DNA of 24,596 nucleotides from Perkinsus olseni (Eukaryota): NCBI GenBank assembly GCA_013115125.1, contig JABANN010000001.1, positions 248,001 to 272,596 of the forward strand, read 5' to 3'. Shown piece by piece: positions 10,675 to 20,268 of this stretch (position 1 is its first letter; each line of letters starts with the position of its first letter). The notes under the pieces were generated by a model. It saw only the letters and a program-made list of their open reading frames with translations, ran no database searches and was not told where the DNA came from. The position numbers and the translations under genes were made by a program.

Positions 10675-12207
10675 ATGATCCCTGCGCAGGTACCCTCAGA
10701 GGTGCTGGCTCCGTCGAACTCGGTGGATGCTGACCGAGCTCGCATCTGGAAAATAATAGATAAATCTGCGGAGGGGGTGACATATCATCTCGGGGCCCTA
10801 TCCGACATGGGCTTCGCTATGGAAGCCCGCACTGCCTTGAACCGGTTGAAGGATCGCGCCTTGGCTGGAGAAAGAGATGAGGAAGATCGGCAGGGTTTCT
10901 GGAACGACTTCAAAATTGTCTACTCGAGATTGGCTACCATCCCTGACGTTGAACGGGCGTGGCAGGGGGTGGTGGAATTGAATCGGATCCATGAGGTATT
11001 CTCGTGTGGCATCAACGCGACCGGTGAAGGCGGCATGAGTAAGCTTGTATTCAACCGGCTTGGATTGAGATTACTCTTTAGGTAAGCGGCAGATGGAGGA
11101 AGTTGTCGCGGCAGCTATGCGTGAACACGAAGTTAGATTACACGAACAGCAGCAGGTCATGCTCACAAACCTTCGAGAACAAATTGTAGCGGATGTTGTT
11201 GAGGAGATGAGGAAGATGCGCCGAGTGAGTGGATGGGGCTATTGGTGCCACGGCTGAGGTACCCGACGGAAAATTCTCATGACGTAAGCGTTGGCCCGTT
11301 CGTGTACTTTAAGCTTGTTATTTCTTCGCTCCAGATAGGGTAGTAGCACTATTTTTCCTCTTGGCAAGCGCTTCGTTTCGACCACCAATTTGCGTCCAAG
11401 TTCGAAACGTCTGTTTTCAGGATGAGCGGGCTAAGCTAGCCCACCACATTGACCTGCGCGTGGGTGACTTGGAGAGAAGCATCATGGCAGGGCCACTCCA
11501 TCGCACGACAACAGGAGTAGAACTCACTGTCAGACGCGAGGAACATTTGGTTGTGATCTCAGACGTTCACGTCCGAAGATACGCGAAATTTCGACCACCC
11601 AGTCGAAACAAAAGGCCAGCTATCTCAGGTAGGCCACATCTCGACTGGATGGATCACAGAATGAGGTTGAATCTTGGCCTTTCTGCGGCTGATGCACATT
11701 CAGCTCTTTGAGTTGTACCGCATCGCGAAGAAGATCTTTTCGCGGCTTATCGGGCGCAGGTCTAATGCTCTCCCTTTCATCAGTCACGAACAGCCGCGAG
11801 GAGCAGTACTACTCCATCACGTAGCAGCCGGCCGTCGACCTCGCAGCCCTCTCCAAGTCTCGCCGAGGTGATATGAGGCAACGCTTGGAAGCTGTGCTTA
11901 TCGGCAGTCACATGGTGGCTCGTCACCGGGGACAGCGTGGGTAGAAGTGTTCCTCTCGAGCGGGTTCTCTCAGGTCCCGGGACGTCCCCGCTTGAGCGCT
12001 GTGCCCAGTACTGGTATCAAAGGCAAGCGTGCTGTAGTCTGCGAGAACTTCCGGAAGGAAAGTGCCAACGAACTATCGGTGGGCATACAGGAGCTCGTGC
12101 ATATCCTATCGTCCAAGATTGAGAAGGGATACGTCCGTGTCCGCACACAGGGTCCCAGAGCTGCTAGTGGCTTCGTGCCGGCGCAGATTTTATCGATTGA
12201 CGAATGA
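10675..12207 (+). CDS. Coiled-coil protein with C-terminal SH3 domain, multi-exon
   Basis: Exon chain MIPAQVPSEV...ATG|KRQMEEVVAAAMREHEVRLHEQQQVMLTNLREQIVADVVEEMRKMRR|DERAKLAHHIDLR... The last exon AVVCENFRKESANELSVGIQELVHILSS..GYVRVR..SGFVPAQIL fits the SH3 pattern (A..DF....EL S..G..V.......G.VP..Y/L). Confidence 0.75.
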
Positions 12208-13967
12208 AGATGGCTGATGTTATTAATTCGATGTTTCTCTTTCACTCACTTGAAGCCTTTCTTGGAGTAGTCAGGGCTGGCTGATTGTCGTAGCTAGAGG
12301 CGCAGTAGGTCTCATGCCTTGATGGTAGAGGCTCCTTCACGCGTCCCCGTCTGTAGTGTGCGCGTCTGGGAACGGTAGGTGGTACTCTGGGGACTCCGAT
12401 GGAATCTCTCAACGTTTTGGCCCCATCGAAGGCGAGCGGGTACTATGCAATACGCCGCGGTAACTGCCTCGACTCCTCCTCCCTATACAGCCGGCAACGG
12501 TGGCTGCTTTCGCCATTCCTTTTCCCAACAAACGGTCGTCAATCAGCTCGCCATTTCGCAGATTTACATGCACAGTATAGCATGTTGATCACCACGATGA
12601 TCGTTCTGCTTACCACTGAGGTGAATGTGAGCTAGCCTGATCAATTCTCGAGTTCTGCTGGTCTCGAACGCGCCTCGAGCATCACTTCGATCCCCTGATG
12701 AACTGACGATCATCCAAGATGATGCAACGGATGGACAAATGCCCAGTTGGTATGGGCGATGTTGATTTTTGAGGTCGGAGCTCTCTGCGGACATCTTGGT
12801 GGCCGAGTGGAGCTCCAGGCCTCCTCGCTGTTCTGTGTCTTAGAAGATCTTCCGGAGTCCGGCTCTCCAACGTCTGGATGGCCTTGCCCGTACATCATTC
12901 TCTTCAACGTAAGAACCCACTTTATCGAGTAATTGGCCTGTACCAGCACCATGCCGGGTGGCGCACCCAATGTGGGACGCAGTACCGTGGGCTGCTCATT
13001 CGACCGCCGAGATCGTCCTCTTCAATCTTCAAGTCGAAGCTCTTACTCATCTCTTTACTCGAAGCGCAGTGCGTCCGAATCGCTCCTTGACGAACTCAAC
13101 CTCGAGCTGCTCTCCTTAGTCGCTAATGTGACACTCTTGGCCGCAACAATGGGCAACAACTGGGCAACAACAACCCAACCTCATCCTCGGACTTGGCTTC
13201 TGAATGAATATATGAGCATCCCCTGATGAGCGCGCGTGCTGCTGGCAGTGTAGTTGCTGAACGTACACATATAGCAGCGTTCCGTGTCGAACACGAGTTG
13301 AAAGCGGCGCGGTGTGCTGCCTACAGTTGCAAACGACTCCGTCTCTCTGATGGGGGGTGCAGTCGCCACGATTGCACCATTTTAGCATCGATGGGGCCGC
13401 AGCGGATGCAGCGGAATTCGACTGCAATTTCTCCATACGATGTGTAGTATGCTTCGGTATTCGATGGCGATGTGCACTCAACGACACTCAGTAATCTATC
13501 GTCTCTGAGGATAACCTCGACGCACTTACACATACGTCAAGCATTGGCCTCCTCGTTGCATTCGTATACCGGGCAGGCGGGAAGGGAGCATCCTTCAGTA
13601 CAGCGTGGCAGGGCAGTAGCACGTATGCTCATGCACGTGAGTGCTAGGCGCAGGATAATACAAGTTATTGGTTGTTACTAACTTCTATGCACACAGCCAA
13701 GCAGTCTCGCTACGTGCCGTTGTTGGAAACGTAGTTGAGAGTATGCTCTTCTCCTTGCCGTGTGTCGTCCAAGTACTCCGCAGTTCTGCATATCACTCGC
13801 GTGGCGCGCGCAAGCAGTGATACGTAGCTTTCGCCGAGATATCGATTGCTGACTCTGTACGCGTGCTCCGAGTGCTCGAAGAGTCAGCATCCGGCTTTAA
13901 CCATCTCTGTCGACTTCAGATTCGGGAAATGTCTCACGATTCACGAAAGTTCTTTTCTGTTCATATC

Positions 13968-14723
13968 ATGACAACCATTCCTCTGGTACTCCTTACTGCC
14001 GTGTGCGGCGCTTTGGCGATTTTGGACCACTCTGTCGAGCTGATGCTTCCAAGACGTTTGGCTCCCACTCCAATCTCCTTTCCGACGGGTTGCACGGGCG
14101 GACACAAGCCTGACACTGAGCCTTTCTGCGCCACCGGTACTCTGGATTTCTCGGACGGTCTCAAGCTTGATATAACCATTTTCCTTTTTGACGTCGAGGA
14201 TCCCACCAAGTCAGTTTATTTCCATGGTGAGTTGAAACTTAATGGTACTACTCCAGTTGGTCTCAATATTACGGGCGGCGGGAGCGCCAAGGTGGTTCAG
14301 AAAGAGGGGCTAGCAGGATTCGTAGATGCTTCAGTAACTCTGGCCGCTGAGACCGTCGGAGATGGTACAGGCAAGTACGATTCAGACACTGGTAAATGGG
14401 GGGTTGACGTTAAATTGACGGCGGCTGCTGAAGTTGATGCTTTCGGAGGTACCCTTCTAGACCCGTCCTTCTCGGAGGTCGTTACGGCTTACGCCGGACC
14501 GAATTTCGACTTCGGGATCGAGGGTAACTTCGAAAAGTCCACCGGCGATTCTAATAACCAGGGTGCATCTATTGCTCTTGACTTGGCGATAACCACTAAG
14601 GACAATAATATCCTCACTTGGGAGCTCGGAGTGGAGGTTACACTGCATGTATGGTTGAAACCATTTATTGATTACAAACCCTCGTTCAACGTCTTCCACA
14701 AAGAGTTCAAACTTGAGCTATGA
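13968..14723 (+). CDS. Intronless secreted beta-strand-rich protein (~251 aa), copy 1, function unknown
   Basis: Single ORF; signal-peptide-like start MTTIPLVLLTAVCGALA; Cys pair CTGGHKPDTEPFC; alternating hydrophobic/polar strands; N-glycosylation sequons NGT and NIT; clearly paralogous to 16433-17204. Confidence 0.85.
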   Translation: MTTIPLVLLTAVCGALAILDHSVELMLPRRLAPTPISFPTGCTGGHKPDTEPFCATGTLDFSDGLKLDITIFLFDVEDPTKSVYFHGELKLNGTTPVGLNITGGGSAKVVQKEGLAGFVDASVTLAAETVGDGTGKYDSDTGKWGVDVKLTAAAEVDAFGGTLLDPSFSEVVTAYAGPNFDFGIEGNFEKSTGDSNNQGASIALDLAITTKDNNILTWELGVEVTLHVWLKPFIDYKPSFNVFHKEFKLEL

Positions 14724-16432
14724 ATCATAGCCTATGATACTAGAAGCAGACTTCTGCCTTGTAGCTGCAGCCTCCGATGAGTATAGAGTCAGTGTCCTTT
14801 TCGGTTCAGATGGATTACCACTGTCATGCTATTAGACTCATCTATTTCATGTCTCTAGAGGTTAGCTCCTAGGTGCGTCATACGGAGAATTTCCTCTTTC
14901 TGGACTTTTGCGCTCATGTCGCTTTTCCACGCTCCGAACGCTGCAGCTCTCAGCAGCTTGTTCGGTTTATTGTGGACCATCGGACTATAGACGAGATAGT
15001 GCTTTTACTGAATTGTGATATTTTTCCTGTTCAAGTCTTGACTGAAATGTCGAGGGACTGTGCGCCTTCAAATGTGCTTTGTGCCATTGAGAATATGCAG
15101 TCTATTGTCTACGCAGTCGTTGGTAGCCCTATCCACATACCATGACCCTCGTCTTTATACCTTTTCTCGAAGTCTACGTGGCTCAGCTAATTTCGCAAGC
15201 TCACAAGGTCATTGCGTTGCCCAGTACCGCGCAATACCTGTACTGTTCTATCCAGAGCTACTACCCTAAGGAGTCTTTAGGGCAGCACAATCTTTAGTAA
15301 AGATTGTGCTGCTCCCCAATACATGGTAATCTTTCGGAGCTTTTGCCAGCAGTTCTCCGAGCAGAGCTGCTCTGGCTGGGTGGATCAGTAAAGGATCCAC
15401 CTGCTTGGTTGCCTGCAGACAGTGCTCGTAGCGAAGCACCAGGCTTCTTTTTCAAAAGGGATGTATTCCAAATGTCTGCCATTTTCACTCGCTAATGTGA
15501 TATCCTCGACCACTGACATGGCAGCCTTGCTGTAGGTCTAAGAGACGTCTGAATGGTATGGGTGTTGCACCGCGGAACTTTCGTCGAACTTTGTATGATA
15601 GTGGAGCAAAGCTTCGAAGCGTCGCGCGTCATCACAGCAATCCTGCTCTCTAACATGGAGGGGCGTCATCAAAAGTGTTGGCCAAGCAAACGATCCTGAG
15701 GACAGATTTGCTTTGGAGTGTGCTACTGCCCCATCCTCAGTGCCACTGATTCAGTTATCTTCCGCAAAGAATCACTACAGTCTGCACGTTCCTCCTAGCG
15801 TTCATGTGCGTCCGTAGGTGGTTTCGACTATTCGAAAGAGGCTAACACCCTGTTTACGGGGGCGGGTCCGTATATGAGCTTCTTCCACCTCAAAGACAGT
15901 ATTCGCTTCCGGCGAACTAACGTTACTGCCCTCTGCCAACGGCGGTCTCCTCGAGCCTCACCCAGATGCGTCCAGTCACGAGTGCACGAAAGCATACCTA
16001 CGCTAAAACGTCAGACGGGTCTATGGTATGTATCGTCTGGATAATCCGCAGTCGTTTCTGCCCGCTGTCCCTCCCCTCTGGCTATTGGTTGTTCAAAACA
16101 GCTTTGTGTATGGCTGCCACACTATGGCACAACCGTGCTCAATAAGCGTGCGTGCGACAAACTTCGTCGGTTCCTATGTCGAACATAGATTGAAGGCGTT
16201 GCAAAGGGTGACCACGGTAGCTCATGGCTACCATCTCCCTTGGCCAATGCAGGTTGCCATGACAACACTAGAGTACAATGCGCTGTGATGCCGGTGGCGC
16301 TCATGTGGACCCACTTTGCCAATTCTGTGCGGGACTGGCGGCGTAGAGCACGTGCAGGAATACTCGCCGCCTGCTCGACGGTAACTACAACCTTCTTCTT
16401 CGGCGGTTACGTACGAGATTTCAAGCAGTGTG

Positions 16433-17204
16433 ATGAGGACATTCACTCTAGTATTTCTGCCAGCCATATATGGGGCTGCAGCACTCGTTGATGGCTCGGT
16501 TGAGCGGGGGGTGCCGAGGCGCTTTGATTCTATTCCGATCTCCTACCCGACAACTGTACCGGTGCTGAGAAGCCCGCTACCGAGCCCTTCTGTGTCACTG
16601 GTACTACCAGTCTGGTAGCCTCGACATCTCAAGCGGCCTCAAGGTGAACATAACCGTTTATATCTTCGACGTTGACGACCCCAAAAAATCAGTCAATTTC
16701 CATATTGAGATCGCAAATAATAATACGACCCCGACTGGTCTCAATATCACTGGTGGAGGGAGCGCTAAGGTGGTGAAGAAGGAAGAGCTTTTCGGAGCCG
16801 TTGAACTATCAGTCACTGTGAGCGCTGCGACTATCGGTGATGGTAGAGGCAAATATGACCCCAGTACGGGTAGGTATTTGGCTGATATTAAAGTGAATGC
16901 TGATGCCAAAGCCAGTGCCCTCGATTATGATGCACTCGATCTACCCGTCTCCAAGGTCGTAACGGCTCATATCGGTCCGAACTACGACTTCGGGCTCGAG
17001 GCCATTTTCAAGGAATCCACTGGGGACTCGAAAGACGCAGGTATATCGATCGCCTTCGACCTCACCATGAACACCAAGAACCATGATCTCTTCACTTGGG
17101 ACCTCGTTGGAGAGGGGAAGTTGCATATTTGGTGGAAGCCGGCACATATTGACATAACTCCCACTATCGACGTCTTCAACAAGGAGTTCAAACTTGCGCT
17201 ATGA
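16433..17204 (+). pseudogene. Frameshifted paralogue (copy 2) of the secreted beta-rich protein
   Basis: Signal-like start MRTFTLVFLPAIYGAAA..PRR..PISYPT, then a 1-nt loss at ~16552 (the homologous CTGAEKPATEPFCVTG lies in another frame), then a 14-nt insertion at ~16604-16617. After that LDISSGLKVNITVYIFDVDDPKKSV...GLNITGGGSAKVV...KEFKLAL* aligns with copy 1. Net +13 nt; the start frame stops at 16618. Confidence 0.8.
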
Positions 17205-17819
17205 AAGTGGAAGCGAATACTCTCGTCAGCTCTCAGTGAGCATAGAACAACCTTCCGTAGTCCTTTCTGTCGCCCTTTACCCATTTAACTATCATCACAC
17301 CCTTTTATGAGTATCCCTTGTAGGAGCAACCGCTGGAAGGACTTCGTTTGGAACAGCTTTGCGGTTGGTTGGCGGTGGCTGCTTCCTTTTGCTGTTTAAC
17401 TCTCATGACTTTGACGCAGTATTATTGGAGGCATATCTTACACTTTTGCTGAGCGATTAGATTCACCAGCCTTTGTCGAGTTCAAAGTCAGTGGATGAAT
17501 TCTCAGATGGAGTAACAGTACACACGTTGTGAAGCATTCCTGCATGCGGCGCTTGAGATGCTCTACGGCGCGCGGCACACCCCAATCATTCAACATTGTA
17601 TCTCTACGCGGCATTCCGGTAGAGGACTGATCGATCGCAAGAGCACACGGCTGTGGCTTTGGCCCAGAAGTAGTGCCGCGTGGAAAGTGGTCCGCTATCC
17701 ACTGTGCGGGGTTGCTCACCCACAACCCCTCCGGTACTCAATAAATCGGCACATTGTCACTATTGAAGAAACTGGTCAATATCATAACACTTGAAATCAC
17801 TAATTGAACCGTGCTGCTG

Positions 17820-20064
17820 CTACTTCTTCTTCCCGCCAGCCATTATGGCAGCTGCTGCCTTCCGACTAATCGTCTTGTTCTTACCCGCGTATTTCTTCTT
17901 ATCATTCTTACTCATAGCGCTAGTATTACGGCATCCTTCACCACCTTCCCAATGGCTAACACAGGAAGGCATCATTGTACACAACCGGTGGTCCTGCCCT
18001 CTCACCTCGTGCGGATCTTATTCAGGGGCTTCCCACACTTCCTGCACGGTCCCGGTCCGAAATTCTGTTCAGTAGCACACCATCCGCAAATCATTCGTTT
18101 GGCCCATACGGCCTGATGGTCCGGCCATGCCGCGTCGTGGCACTGGTCGCAGGGGTAGGCCATCCCGCAGCAAGGGAATCGGAGCCATCGGTAGGAATGC
18201 CGATAATGCTTACAGGTGCCGTTCTTAGGCAACGGCTTACCTGACCAGAGCCACACAACTCTCATCGCGACCACTCCTCAAGCTGGGACTGGCGCATTCG
18301 TGCGAGCACCGACCTACGCGACCGCATTTCCGCCCTACCCGGAACTATCCTTGGGTCCTCCGTGAGCTTCTTTTTTTGCTGTTTCTTCACAACCGGTGCA
18401 ACAATGAAGTGCTCAGGCTTCGGTACCGATGGCTGGCCGACACCCAGATTCATCTTCTCGTGGCAATCCTGGCAATTATCCTGCTTCCGATAGCCAGACC
18501 TCAGATGCCGGGCCTGGATCGCCTTATCACATTCTTCGCAGCGTATTTCCAGAGTACATTCGACTACTTGTAAAATCGTACAGGACTCAGTGATGGCTCG
18601 GAAAAGTGTATAATCGCTGCCGGGGAACATCGGCTCGACAACAGCGAAAATGTTATTGGTAAGGCTGCAAGTTTGACACTTCCCAGTCGTTCTAACGACC
18701 CTTTGCTCGTTACTCTCGCCGAAGTCCACTACGGTCGGCCGCATCTTCCTACACCGATTGCAAGCAATGATAATCTCACAGGAACGGCAGGTCGCAATAG
18801 ATATGCCGGCCATTGATGTCAGCGGCTGCTTCACCACTACTCCTATGCGCTTCACATCATCCACCGTGAACGCCCCCGGCTCCTCGGGCTCACTTTCTGT
18901 CAGACTCTCGTCTGAATTTTCAGGCCCGCCGAAACCCTGGCCGGCATTCTCGTCCGTCGTGTCAATTTCACTACTGCTGTCGACACTATTATCATCATCG
19001 TCATCATCATCACTCTCTTCCTCCTCCCGTTCATATTCTTCCTGTTCCCTTAGCAAATTCTGGCGCATCGTGATGAACTTTGCTCGGCATTCCTCCACAC
19101 CCCGACTAACAACATACTGGGAAATCTTTTCCCACTTCCCATCCTCAACATCAACATCCAAATATTTCTCCAAAGCTTCCACCAGCCTCTCCTTCTCCGA
19201 GTCAATCCACTGCACGTTCGTCAACGCTCCGATTTCCCTCTTTTTCTCAGCAGCTTCAAACACACTAGGAATATACTTCTCGACCGCCTGCAGGGCCTTG
19301 AAGACGCTCACGGGTGCCTCCACGGCCCGACAATAGTTGTCGAAAATCTCGGGCAGCAGTATTCTCACTGCCTTGGGTATTTTCGCGCTAACTTTCGTCA
19401 CTATCAACAGCAGTCCCTCAGAGTACTCCCCCTTCTCTGTGTAGAAGGGCGGCATCAACACCGCCACGGGAATCCCCTCCGGGGTGTAAAGCATCTTATT
19501 GAAGTCGGGGTCGCTGCAGAAAATCACCAAATCCACCCGAATAAAGCCGTCGCCCTTCGACTTCTTATAGCCGGCATTCCGATAGAAACGCTCCAGCCTC
19601 ATAAACTCCTCCTCGCTAGTCCAGCCCTTAGGCACCAGCTTGACAACACGCTCCTTATCCGAGATGTCCAGTCTGGTGGACATCACTTCCTTCTCTTGCT
19701 CTCTTGCATCGTCTTGCTTTTTCTCAACTCTCTCGTGTCTATATCGGCATTTATCCCCGAATTTACAGGTCTTCCCAGCAGCATAATACCGACACAGAGG
19801 TCTCTTCTTCTCCTTGGACGGCTGCTTCTCGCCATTCGCTGCTTTTCGCGCCGCCTTGCCTTCCGGGTGGTCCTCTGGTTTCTTCTCTGCAGCATCAACA
19901 TGGGCGAATTTGCACTTGTCACCGAATCGGCATTTGCCAGTGCGCCGCCAGTCTCGACACACTCGAGTCTTCTTAGGAGCAGTGCTCTTCTTTTCTACTG
20001 GAGAATCTCGCTTTTCCTCAACGCTCTCCGGAGGTACGAGTCCCGGTGGCGGTCCCATGGGCAT
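17820..20064 (-). CDS. Multi-domain zinc-finger protein: 2x CCCH, SANT/Myb-like, acidic linker, Cys-pair region, C-terminal CHY zinc finger (3 exons)
   Basis: CCCH motifs CRDWRRTGKCRFGDKCKFAH and CRYYAAGKTCKFGDKCRYRH; SANT-like WIDSEKERLVEALEKY..KWEKISQYVVSRGVEECRAKF; exon 2 GKPLPKNGTCKHYRHSYRWLRFPCCGMAYPCDQCHD..RMICGWC; exon 3 HWEGGEGCRN..MSKNDKKKY. Both introns are GT-AG and frame-consistent. Confidence 0.88.
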
Positions 20065-20268
20065 TGGTAAATCGCAAAACAAACTGTATCTTTACCAAAA
20101 TTCTCCGAAATCCCGATGGTAACCCAACAAGCATGAGGATGCCACTTCGGAAGCCAGTAAGGGGTACGGTAGTGGTAAATGTTGAATACATATTAGACGT
20201 TCGAGGAACAATACGTTGAGGTTGAAGGCTGCAGATCTCACGACCAAAGATACGCATACCCCCTATCA

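Noticed and set aside
13220..13270. Hammerhead ribozyme core CTGATGA (also at ~12695 and ~23738)
   Set aside because: No properly placed stem II followed by GAAA and no cleavage-site helix.
16601..16610. 10-nt GT...AG micro-intron restoring the frame of paralogue 2
   Set aside because: Too short for spliceosomal removal, and it would leave the conserved Cys loop in the wrong frame.
18376..20122. Plus-strand ORFs (e.g. 192 aa, Ser-rich)
   Set aside because: Antisense shadows of the long acidic/basic exon of the zinc-finger gene.
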